Shown here: positions 17,475 through 25,382 of the stretch, piece after piece
Numbering within the stretch: the first letter of the stretch is position 1
Layout of the letters: every line of letters begins with the position of its first letter
Origin: a virus
Lineage: Duplodnaviria > Caudoviricetes
Length of the DNA: 37,982 bases
IMG/VR virus record: IMGVR_UViG_3300020161_000567
Location: 1-37,982 of that record
Direction: 5' to 3' (one strand)
Position numbers and translations under genes: made by a program
Notes under the pieces: generated by a model
Told to the model about the DNA's origin: nothing
Database searches by the model: none
What the model saw: only the letters and a program-made list of their open reading frames with translations

Positions 17475-19609
17475 TATTCTAATCCTGGTAATTGTGGTTG
17501 ATCGCGCAACGGTGCGCTACCTGGCACTAGATCGCCTGTGTCCAGCGCCGCAGCAACTGTCCCCATTACGATATCTTGGATCTGTTCAGGCGTCATGTTA
17601 GCCGCTGTCGCTTGTATCCGCTTCGTCTCTGCGTCATACGCCTTGATCTGCGTATTTTGCTCGTCAATCGCCAGTTTCTGCATATCGTAGGACTGTTGCA
17701 GTTGCTGGACCAGCGCCGCAGTCTGCTCCATCTGGTTCGCCATGTCGTTCATCTGAGCGCGCATCATCTGCGCTTCTGGCGAATCATCAGTATTATCCAG
17801 AACCTTCGGATCGAGCGTCTTGGAGAATCTCGCCGCCATTTCCTGCGCTCCAGGCCAGTCCATGTTCTTAATGAATAGATCACCCGCGACAGCCCAAAGT
17901 TGTGGGTTGGTCTGCAAGATCATCTGCATCGCTTCCATCGCCTCTTGGCGCTTGGTTGCGTAGCTTGGGCCTGTCGTGACTACCACGTCGTAGACGCCGA
18001 CTGATGGGTTGTAGATCTTTTCAAGATCCAGACCCGTGATCGGATCTTTGATAACGCGCACAGGTTCCGGCTGGTTTGGATTGATCTTCACCATATCCAC
18101 TTCGCCGTCGAGTCCGACGATGCGTGCGACGCGCTCAGTATCATAGATCTTAGGGATCAGATCAACGAGTTGTCTTGTCGTATATCGAACCGCTCGCGCC
18201 AGATTGTCCACATAGTGGTATGTGGATGTATCGCCTTGGTTTTGCCGAGCCAGAATCGCACGACCCGTCCTCTCATTACTGGTCGCACCAATGGAGCTGT
18301 CATACTGACCCGTGGTCGATTTAATATCTTCCCCAGCGCCCATTTTGGCCTGGATAAGGCCGGTTTGCGCCATAGGTGGCTGCGCGCGTTCAGGTAATGG
18401 CAGAGGAGATCCTGCACCATCGGTGACGTCTGGGTTGACTTCGAGGTAGGGCCAGTTGTTCGTGTTGGCCGTTTTCCAGTTTGTTTCGTATCCTTCAAAC
18501 TGTCCCCCATATCCGATAAACGGTGCTTTCGGAGCCAGCGCCAGCATCTCTGCCTCTTGGCTGACCCAATAGTTATACATGCGCTGCGCGTCTTTGGCGT
18601 TTCGCACCAAACCGCTAATGTATAACTGACCGTCTACCTCAAATTCATTGCCTACGACGCGGACGATAGGAATCCATTTACCCGCCCAGTCGCGTTCCTC
18701 TAAGACTTCAAAGCCGTTTGTCTTCAGCCACTTGACCTGTCTGTGCTCGCTTGTGCGCGAACGCAGAGGTTTTCCATATAATAACTTGAGCTGCTTATCT
18801 TGCGGCGAACCATTAAACGCCGTGATATTGTCAGGGTATAAATTTAAAGTGCGCTTTTCATGTTCTATGTAGAAATACTCAGCGATACGGACGGTTTCTT
18901 GACTCATCCACATGCTAAGTGACTGATCGCCGACGCCTTGCGACATCATTACGCTAATAGGTAATGCGTCTGGGTACAGGCGCTCATATTCTTCTTTAGG
19001 AATGTCTTCTGTAATGAAGCACCATTCCGCGTCAGATCCGCATGGGTCATGGATCATTGGATCCATATAGACGCTAAAGCTGTTGCGAACGCGCCCGATC
19101 CTCAGGTCTTGGTCAAACGAGTCTTCGCGGCAATATTCCGTAAGGATTCGGATATAGCCTTCGCCGTAGGTAACTTGATTGTCGCAGGCTGTATCATATG
19201 CAACGTCCGCGTCGGAAAGGTATTCGATGTGTCTAACGATACCTTGAAAGACTTCTGCGACCGCGACGTCGGCCTTATCGTCCGCTGGGATGACTTTGCC
19301 GGAGGGGCGGTTCTGTCGTTGTTCATTGGTTACTAACCTGACATGCTGTGGCAGCTTGTTAATCGTCAGGCATGGCCGCGCGTTGATCGTCTGGCCCTGC
19401 ACCGCGCCTCTGGTCGCCAAGACGTCGGCAGGCCATTGCCAAGCATTATCTGGAGAACCTGCCATAAAACGCAAGTCGTCCAGTTCATCTTCTCTAGAGT
19501 CGGAATAGGCTGCGCTCGCCACCGTAAAGCGGTGACGCATCGTCGCCAGACGGTCGCCGTCTGGGTTGTCGGATACTTGGCCTGCGCCTTCTACATCACT
19601 TGCAGCCAC
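17474..19609 (-). CDS. Portal protein (P22 gp1-like)
   Basis: 711 aa; RPCLTINKL, GLVRNAKDAQRMYN, TGPSYATKRQEA motifs; C-terminal Gln-rich coiled-coil barrel. Confidence 0.92.
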   Translation of the reverse strand: MAASDVEGAGQVSDNPDGDRLATMRHRFTVASAAYSDSREDELDDLRFMAGSPDNAWQWPADVLATRGAVQGQTINARPCLTINKLPQHVRLVTNEQRQNRPSGKVIPADDKADVAVAEVFQGIVRHIEYLSDADVAYDTACDNQVTYGEGYIRILTEYCREDSFDQDLRIGRVRNSFSVYMDPMIHDPCGSDAEWCFITEDIPKEEYERLYPDALPISVMMSQGVGDQSLSMWMSQETVRIAEYFYIEHEKRTLNLYPDNITAFNGSPQDKQLKLLYGKPLRSRTSEHRQVKWLKTNGFEVLEERDWAGKWIPIVRVVGNEFEVDGQLYISGLVRNAKDAQRMYNYWVSQEAEMLALAPKAPFIGYGGQFEGYETNWKTANTNNWPYLEVNPDVTDGAGSPLPLPERAQPPMAQTGLIQAKMGAGEDIKSTTGQYDSSIGATSNERTGRAILARQNQGDTSTYHYVDNLARAVRYTTRQLVDLIPKIYDTERVARIVGLDGEVDMVKINPNQPEPVRVIKDPITGLDLEKIYNPSVGVYDVVVTTGPSYATKRQEAMEAMQMILQTNPQLWAVAGDLFIKNMDWPGAQEMAARFSKTLDPKVLDNTDDSPEAQMMRAQMNDMANQMEQTAALVQQLQQSYDMQKLAIDEQNTQIKAYDAETKRIQATAANMTPEQIQDIVMGTVAAALDTGDLVPGSAPLRDQPQLPGLE

Positions 19610-19639
19610 TAGATTTACCTTTTTTTACAAACATAATCA

Positions 19640-20056
19640 TCAATTTACGCCCATGTATTGTCGAAGTTTTTGGACATACTCAAGTTGTTCAGCTGTGGGT
19701 TTTAACGCAGAAGGATCCCCAGATAAAATACGTGCAGCTAATGTTGATAATCTATCTACAGGGTTTTTACTATATTTAGCAAAAGCGGCTTCTTGTTCTG
19801 GAGTCATAGAAAACCGAGGGGCTTCAATAAGTCCTTTTCGCATGTGCACGCGCGCAGCTTCATTTAGCATTATTGCTTCGCGTTCTTTTGCACTTAAATT
19901 ACTATATGGGTTTATAATTATTTTATCATCTTCCGCTGCCATACCTGCTACATGAGGGTTGTTTTTAAAATATTTGTCTTCTCCAGCGTATAAATCCTTT
20001 CGCACGCCTATTCCATAAACACCTTTGGGAAACCCTGCGGCTGCGCCTCCAGGCAT
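19640..20056 (-). CDS. Hypothetical protein (moron-like insertion between terminase and portal)
   Basis: 138 aa from the ATG at 20056; AT-richer than flanking genes. Confidence 0.65.
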   Translation of the reverse strand: MPGGAAAGFPKGVYGIGVRKDLYAGEDKYFKNNPHVAGMAAEDDKIIINPYSNLSAKEREAIMLNEAARVHMRKGLIEAPRFSMTPEQEAAFAKYSKNPVDRLSTLAARILSGDPSALKPTAEQLEYVQKLRQYMGVN

Positions 20057-20057
20057 G

Positions 20058-20198
20058 TTAGCACCCTTTTTTAGCTGGTTTGTTCTTAGCCGTGCGCTTC
20101 GTATCATACGCAATCGCAAGGGCTTGCTTCATAGGCTTGCCAGCTTTGACTTCAGCTTTAAGGTTCTTCCGAAAGGCGTTCTTTGACTTAACTAGCAT
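20058..20198 (-). CDS. Small Lys-rich basic protein (46 aa, MLVKSKNAFRKNLKAEVKAGKPMKQALAIAY...)
   Basis: Translated by hand; TAATG coupling with the upstream gene; GAGGA RBS. Confidence 0.75.
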   Translation of the reverse strand: MLVKSKNAFRKNLKAEVKAGKPMKQALAIAYDTKRTAKNKPAKKGC

Positions 20199-20341
20199 TA
20201 TTTCTTCCTCGCGGATTGTTTAAACGCCTTGGCCGTAGGTGCGCCTTTAGCGCCGACCTTACGCATCTTCTCGCCCGATCCGGCTGCGATGCGCGCTTTT
20301 TTGGCGTGGATGTTGGCGTATAGCCCTGGCTTACTTGCCAC
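20198..20341 (-). CDS. Small Lys/Arg-rich basic protein (47 aa, MASKPGLYANIHAKKARIAAGSGEKMRK...)
   Basis: Translated by hand; GTG start with GAGGT RBS; GLYANIHAK motif recurs in aquatic phages. Confidence 0.75.
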   Translation of the reverse strand: MASKPGLYANIHAKKARIAAGSGEKMRKVGAKGAPTAKAFKQSARKK

Positions 20342-20582
20342 AGTTCCACCTCTTTAAACTAGCTTTCGCTCTTTCGGCGTTCTTAGACTTAGCGACTACG
20401 CCGCCCATACGCGCACAGAAGCTCGCCTTACGGCCTTTGTCAGCGTCTGTCTTAGGGTTCGGCGCAGGTGCCTTTAACTTGCTGCCCGTCGCCTTGTTGT
20501 ATTTGGCGCGGCCTTTGGCTGTTAGTCCAGCGCCCGCTTTCGTCGATAGCTTCTCGCCACGACCAACAGATAATGATACCAT
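20331..20582 (-). CDS. Small basic protein (DUF6321-like)
   Basis: GLTAKGRAKYN...RKASFCARM...SLKRWNC motifs; TAATG coupling to terL. Confidence 0.7.
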   Translation of the reverse strand: MVSLSVGRGEKLSTKAGAGLTAKGRAKYNKATGSKLKAPAPNPKTDADKGRKASFCARMGGVVAKSKNAERAKASLKRWNCGK

Positions 20583-22108
20583 TAACTCGCCATCCATCCT
20601 GAAGAGGCTGCGTTGCCACCATACGCGACGCGCCGTGTGTTGTCTACACGCTGTTCGCGTCTGGCGACAGGAAATGCGAAGGTTATTGCGATGGCGTCCG
20701 CCGCATCTGGCGAGGCCAGCCCTCTGCTTTTCATGTCCTTCTTAGACTCTAAGAATATGGTGCCTTTGCTGTCTGGCTTCATCATAGGCCCGATAAGATC
20801 TGACTTTAGATACCGATCCTTTGGTATGCTCGCGTCCTTCAGCCAGTCTTTCATTGCGCCCCACATCTCAGCGCGCTTGTTCCCATACATCATGGGCTTC
20901 GTGCTCTTATTGCCGAAGTTCACCCCGCGCACCTTGTAGCGCTGTTCCTTCAGCCGATCCACAACGCCCGCGCCCAAGCCGCCTTCGTCGATGACCACAA
21001 GGGCTGGCTTATACTCCTCGATTACGTCGATCACGCGGCCCACGACCTCCATCGTGTCGTCGCCCCTGTAGCGCTTGATCGCTAGGATGTCGCGGCCTTG
21101 TCTTATGGCGATGACGGTGGCGTCGGCACCAAAGCGTGCCGGATCCACTCCGACCACGATGGGGGCGGACTGGTCGGCGATAGCGGCACGTTCCATTGCC
21201 TCGTCAACCAGCGTATTTCCGATGAACTGGTCGTCGCTTGCGTTGGGGAACTGACCGTAGACTTCGACGTGTGCGGCGCTGGAGTCGGGGCCATACTCGT
21301 CAATGATTTGCTGGTAGACGGCTTTATCCGTCCCTTCGACAGATCTGGCATCGACAATCTTATTTCGCCAGAAGTCACGCTTGGAGTTAAAACACTCATA
21401 AAAGTAACCAGAGTTACGACGGGGGTTGCTGAAGCACAACCAAAAGCGATTAGGGGTATTTTCCGTAAAAAAGCCCGCTGCAACTGACCAGATAGAATCA
21501 TCAATTCCGCTTGCCTCATCGAATACCAGCATGACACCCGCGAAGTTATGCACACCAGCGTAGGAATCTGGATTTTCCGCACTCCACAACCGCCCTTCTA
21601 CGCTCCAATAGCGCGTTCCCATCTTCAGATCACGTTCGACCAGTTCAGCGATCCACTTGGCCGGTGTCACTCTAGTAGCGCTGACCTCGAACCAATGGCC
21701 ATGAATCGCCATACTCAGCCACTTAGTTATCTCAGCCCAGGTGACGCTACGGAGCTGCGCCTCCGAGTTAGCCGACACGATGGTTGTCGAGCCTATCCGT
21801 GTGGTCAGCATCCAGATTGTGAGCCAGCTTACCAAGGCGGACTTACCAATACCGCGTCCTGAACTGACGGCCAGTCTTAGCGTCTCAAAGTCTATCTTGC
21901 CGTTGTTGGCGTGGATGTGATCGCGCAGTTCAACCAACACCTCACGCTGCCATTTGCGTGGGCCTTCAAAGTGCTCAAGTGGCGTATTCGGCTTCCCCCA
22001 CGGAAAGGCCAGTCTTACGAAGGCCAGCGGGTCGTTCTTCAGCGCGGGGTTCCACAGCGTCGCCATTAAGCGCTGTTCTTCCTCCGGCGAATATACCGTC
22101 GTGTGCAT
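20582..22108 (-). CDS. terL: Terminase large subunit
   Basis: Walker A SSGRGIGKS, Walker B MLVFDEA, motif III SNP, RNase H-like VGVDPA...SPDAADA. Confidence 0.95.
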   Translation of the reverse strand: MHTTVYSPEEEQRLMATLWNPALKNDPLAFVRLAFPWGKPNTPLEHFEGPRKWQREVLVELRDHIHANNGKIDFETLRLAVSSGRGIGKSALVSWLTIWMLTTRIGSTTIVSANSEAQLRSVTWAEITKWLSMAIHGHWFEVSATRVTPAKWIAELVERDLKMGTRYWSVEGRLWSAENPDSYAGVHNFAGVMLVFDEASGIDDSIWSVAAGFFTENTPNRFWLCFSNPRRNSGYFYECFNSKRDFWRNKIVDARSVEGTDKAVYQQIIDEYGPDSSAAHVEVYGQFPNASDDQFIGNTLVDEAMERAAIADQSAPIVVGVDPARFGADATVIAIRQGRDILAIKRYRGDDTMEVVGRVIDVIEEYKPALVVIDEGGLGAGVVDRLKEQRYKVRGVNFGNKSTKPMMYGNKRAEMWGAMKDWLKDASIPKDRYLKSDLIGPMMKPDSKGTIFLESKKDMKSRGLASPDAADAIAITFAFPVARREQRVDNTRRVAYGGNAASSGWMAS

Positions 22109-22520
22109 CTATGATCTGCCCTTCGATGACTCGTTGCTGCGCCTCTTGTAGCGCCGCCGTAATAGATATGGTCTGGTTCACTTCTACGCTGACAGCCTGC
22201 TTGGCGACCCAGTTGTGGACATGTTTCAGGACATCTAACGCCGCCTTAGTGTCGCCAGCTATCGCCGCCCGACGCAACACGTCAGCCATTTCCATCTCGC
22301 CTTCAGCGCGTCCTTTGACTTCCGCATACTCCGCAATCGGGTCGAGCTGAATCAAGCGCCGATACTCAGTCGGCAGCATACCAGCGGCTAACGCCAGCGC
22401 GTCGCCCTTTAGACCACGTCTGGCCGCTTCGTATATTTTCTCTAGCCGCGCTTCGGTTGCTCGAACATCACGCGGCTCATGGGGGATGGAACTAAAGCCA
22501 CCATCTGCATAGAAAGCCAT
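21975..22520 (-). CDS. Putative terminase small subunit
   Basis: Helical 181-aa protein with an HTH-like N-terminus, directly upstream of terL and overlapping it by 134 nt. Confidence 0.7.
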   Translation of the reverse strand: MAFYADGGFSSIPHEPRDVRATEARLEKIYEAARRGLKGDALALAAGMLPTEYRRLIQLDPIAEYAEVKGRAEGEMEMADVLRRAAIAGDTKAALDVLKHVHNWVAKQAVSVEVNQTISITAALQEAQQRVIEGQIIDAHDGIFAGGRTALNGDAVEPRAEERPAGLRKTGLSVGEAEYAT

Positions 22521-22570
22521 AAAAGGATTTATAGCACACAAAAATAAAAAATAAAAAAGTTTGTGCAACA
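22521..22570 (-). promoter_or_regulatory. Putative late promoter with extended -10 (TG-C-TATAAA), probably giving a leaderless terS mRNA
   Basis: TATAAA ends 7 nt before the ATG; no RBS; T-tracts upstream in place of a -35. Confidence 0.5.
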
Positions 22571-22667
22571 CCTGCGTAGATATTCCCAGGCTGCTCAAGG
22601 CCCAGCCCCCCTGTCTACAATCTCCAGTCTACAATTACGTTTACATAAACTAAGTAGACATTTAAGT

Positions 22668-23116
22668 TTAGGGCAATTAGGGCAATCGCAAATCAAGTCG
22701 CAACCGCAACATCAGCAACCAGGGGAATTCCCTGGGGAAGTTTGCATCGTCGGGGCGGCTAGGGCAGATAAACGCCCAATTACCCTAAAATACCGCAACA
22801 ATTGCCCAATTGGGTATTGTTAGGGCGGTTTATACAACCGCACATAACGCATTGATAACGCCTGCACATCAGCGATTTTAGGGCGGTTAGGGCAATCGTA
22901 TTCGACGACATCTCCTATAGTAATACAATTACTAATATACCAATTATATAGACTATTATATAAGATCTAAGATTAACTTTTAATGATTACCCTAATTACC
23001 CTAAAACAGAACATTAATTAGCAATTACAAAAAGATACGCCGCCCCACACGATTGCTCTATTTCGCCCTATCACTACCCGTTTAGGGCAATCGCCTTCAC
23101 TATTCATTTACCCTAA
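22668..23116. repeat. Iteron-like TTAGGGYRRT / ATTACCCTAA repeat field around an AT-rich core; putative replication origin
   Basis: About 12 copies in both orientations, e.g. 22668, 22677, 22779, 22820, 22878, 22887, 22986, 22996, 23082, 23108; AT-rich tract at 22915-22985. Confidence 0.65.
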
Positions 23117-23139
23117 AACAACCCCAAATAAAAAAGATC

Positions 23140-23169
23140 TTTACAAGTTATCCCCACACGTGCTATTTG
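23140..23169 (+). promoter_or_regulatory. Putative sigma70-type early promoter
   Basis: TTTACA (23140-45), 18-nt spacer, TGn-TATTTG; A-rich UP-like tract at 23126-23135. Confidence 0.55.
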
Positions 23170-23192
23170 TAACAAATCAACAGGGGGATGAC

Positions 23193-23294
23193 ATGACAAC
23201 GATGCAGATAATCGAGACAGTAATCTTCACAATCGCCGCAACGCTATTCGTCCCCACGATGGCGCTGGCGGTTCTATATTTCTTCTATGCGTAA
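23193..23294 (+). CDS. 33-aa hydrophobic (single TM) microprotein
   Basis: MTTMQIIETVIFTIAATLFVPTMALAVLYFFYA; AGGGGG RBS from repeat 1; stop inside repeat 2. Confidence 0.7.
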   Translation: MTTMQIIETVIFTIAATLFVPTMALAVLYFFYA

Positions 23295-23316
23295 CAAATC
23301 AACAGGAGCTAAGATC

Positions 23317-23550
23317 ATGCAATACGACGTAGAATATACCGATACCTTTGGCGGCGAAGCTAACTATTCATGGGTAAGACGCGCGATATTCGAAGCGCCT
23401 GACACGGCAAGCCAAGTCATGTTAGTGCGCCGCGCTAAGAAAGCGCTAGGCCTAACTAATCTAAATGGGGAGACTTCATATCACGGGGACTTTATAGAGT
23501 TCCGCCCATATAAGACGTGTTCCGTCGTGTTCATTACTTGGGATATGTAA
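23317..23550 (+). CDS. Early hypothetical protein (DTFGGEANYSWV motif)
   Basis: 77 aa from the ATG after the AGGAG RBS of repeat 2; stop inside repeat 3. Confidence 0.8.
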   Translation: MQYDVEYTDTFGGEANYSWVRRAIFEAPDTASQVMLVRRAKKALGLTNLNGETSYHGDFIEFRPYKTCSVVFITWDM

Positions 23551-23571
23551 CAAATCAACAGGGGTAAAGTT

Positions 23572-23844
23572 ATGTGGTATTCAACATCAAGCGGACTGAT
23601 CGAGCTGCAACTGACACAAGAGGACGTTGACGCGGGCTACCACTCAGGATCATGCGACGCATCAATTGCAGAGCTGCGACGCGCGCCACACATCGCCGCG
23701 CAATTAGATGCGATTGATCCGGCGCTGTTGCGATCTGAGCTTAAAGAATGGGGCGCTTGGGACGATGAACAGTTAGCCAATCACGATGAAAACCAATCGC
23801 GCATACTTTGGTTAGCTTGCGGCGAGCTATTCGACAATATGTAA
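23572..23844 (+). CDS. Early acidic hypothetical protein
   Basis: 90 aa; RBS from repeat 3; stop inside repeat 4. Confidence 0.8.
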   Translation: MWYSTSSGLIELQLTQEDVDAGYHSGSCDASIAELRRAPHIAAQLDAIDPALLRSELKEWGAWDDEQLANHDENQSRILWLACGELFDNM

Positions 23845-23867
23845 CAAATCAACAGGGGAACAAGACA

Positions 23868-24245
23868 ATGGCTGATATATACGATCAACACAAAGCGGCG
23901 TTTTCTAACGTGTCCGCATATGTAATTACTAAAGACGGGGAGCGCGTCGCAACTATCGCGTTTAAATTCCCGCGAGACGGTGCAGGGCGTCTCTATACCT
24001 ACGTGCACTGGTTAGGCACTGAAATGGCGCGCGGCTTTGCTGGCGGCTATGGCTATGACAAGCGAAGCGCTGCTCTAGCTGATGTTGCGCGCAAACTATA
24101 CAAGCGCCCCGACTATGAAGAAAACACGCGCAACCATGCCGTGTTATCCTTATCCAATTTTATCTACGCTTTGAATAAGAACGACGGCAAATCTTGGGAG
24201 GATAATCTGCGCGATGCGGGCTTTACAGTATTGGGGGCGGTCTAA
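23868..24245 (+). CDS. Early hypothetical protein (AGGYGYDKRSAA motif)
   Basis: 125 aa from the ATG after the repeat 4 RBS. Confidence 0.8.
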   Translation: MADIYDQHKAAFSNVSAYVITKDGERVATIAFKFPRDGAGRLYTYVHWLGTEMARGFAGGYGYDKRSAALADVARKLYKRPDYEENTRNHAVLSLSNFIYALNKNDGKSWEDNLRDAGFTVLGAV

Positions 24246-24424
24246 TGTTAGAGCTTGAACTAGAGATTGAAGCAATTGACGCGCTAATAAAACTAATTGA
24301 CGCGCAGCCCGCGCCTTTGCCGTGGCATCTAATTGACGCGCGCGAGTGCATGAAAGAGGCGCTTGATAATGAGATCGAGCGCCGCGCTGACGATTTCTTT
24401 AACGATGGGGAGAATTACAAATGA
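24245..24424 (+). CDS. Small acidic hypothetical protein (59 aa, MLELELEIEAIDALIK...)
   Basis: Translated by hand; TAATG and ATGA coupling on either side. Confidence 0.7.
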   Translation: MLELELEIEAIDALIKLIDAQPAPLPWHLIDARECMKEALDNEIERRADDFFNDGENYK

Positions 24425-24663
24425 AATGGACGGATGAGGACGCTGATTTAGCTTCAGCGCAAGGGTGGGGAATATTTTTTAGCTCCGGCGGCGCGGATGG
24501 TTGGGAAGGCAATCAGATAGAGAGAATAGATGAGATGGAGTTACTAGCTTCAGATCGAGACGCAATTAATCTTGTAATTCATAACGCTGAAGCAGGATGC
24601 CGTCTCGCGCGTAAAGCTATCGCATATATTAAACAAGAAAACGGGAGAGTATATCATGGCTAA
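24421..24663 (+). CDS. Small acidic hypothetical protein
   Basis: 80 aa; GGGGAG RBS. Confidence 0.75.
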   Translation: MKWTDEDADLASAQGWGIFFSSGGADGWEGNQIERIDEMELLASDRDAINLVIHNAEAGCRLARKAIAYIKQENGRVYHG

Positions 24664-24964
24664 ATTCACATATTACTTTGATGAGCTAGAGATCATCAAA
24701 AACTACGCCGTCATGGTCGCAGGCGAGATTGACGTTGATTACAGCATAGCCAAAGCGGAGCCTGACGTTGGCATATTCGAGCCTTGGATTACTGACGTAG
24801 ATATTACGTCGATCACGTTAAACAGCAATAAAAAAGACGTGCCAGCGTTAAACCTTAGCCAAGATCACTGGCTTTATAAGCTAATATATGACGCGCTAAT
24901 TAATAGCGACCACGTGCAGCAATCATGTGAAGAGGACGCCAGCCAAGACAGAGAGGATTTTTAA
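24656..24964 (+). CDS. Acidic hypothetical protein
   Basis: 102 aa; GGGAG RBS. Confidence 0.75.
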   Translation: MAKFTYYFDELEIIKNYAVMVAGEIDVDYSIAKAEPDVGIFEPWITDVDITSITLNSNKKDVPALNLSQDHWLYKLIYDALINSDHVQQSCEEDASQDREDF

Positions 24965-24966
24965 CT

Positions 24967-25107
24967 ATGTTTAAGATGAAAGATTACTATGAATTTTTGC
25001 AACTGGTTTACCGGCTGGAAACAGACACGCTCAAACTGATGTTGGAGCATGAGGATGACGAATTTAAACGCTCATTGTTAGCGGGAGAGATAGAGGCGCG
25101 ATCATGA
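24967..25107 (+). CDS. Small hypothetical protein (46 aa, MFKMKDYYEFLQLVYRLE...)
   Basis: Translated by hand; GAGGA RBS; ATGA coupling downstream. Confidence 0.65.
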   Translation: MFKMKDYYEFLQLVYRLETDTLKLMLEHEDDEFKRSLLAGEIEARS

Positions 25108-25382
25108 GATACGAATTTAGATTTGAAGACTTTGACGACCATTGGGTCGAGTTTCATGGGGTCGTTTCATACGACATTGAAATGACTAAAGACGAATGGC
25201 CCAAGCCATTTATCACAAATATCAATATAGAAATGTGCAAGGTTCAATTTTATAAAATCCTACCCGATGAAGAAAATCGCATCGGATGGCGCGATGCGTT
25301 GCCTGAAGAGATAGAATTTATAAAATCGCACAAAGAATTTATACGTGAGTTAGACCGCCATTGGTCGGAGGATGCGCCATGA
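25104..25382 (+). CDS. Acidic hypothetical protein
   Basis: 92 aa; GAGG RBS. Confidence 0.75.
   Translation: MRYEFRFEDFDDHWVEFHGVVSYDIEMTKDEWPKPFITNINIEMCKVQFYKILPDEENRIGWRDALPEEIEFIKSHKEFIRELDRHWSEDAP

Larger units (their letters stand above)
23169..23856 (+). repeat. Four identical 16-bp direct repeats GTAACAAATCAACAGG at gene junctions
   Basis: Exact copies at 23169, 23291, 23547 and 23841. Confidence 0.95.

Noticed and set aside
22563-22823. 86-aa plus-strand ORF
   Set aside because: Runs through the repeat-rich regulatory region, with no RBS and an implausible composition
22668-23116. Telomeric TTAGGG repeats or G-quadruplex
   Set aside because: The period is 9 bp, copies are dispersed in both orientations, and there are never four adjacent G-tracts
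23169-23856. CRISPR mini-array
   Set aside because: Repeats are only 16 bp, and the intervening sequences are 106-278 bp, uneven and protein-coding
23169-23856. Integron attC sites (stop codon within TAAC)
   Set aside because: No long imperfect hairpin ending in GTTRRRY and no tyrosine recombinase gene
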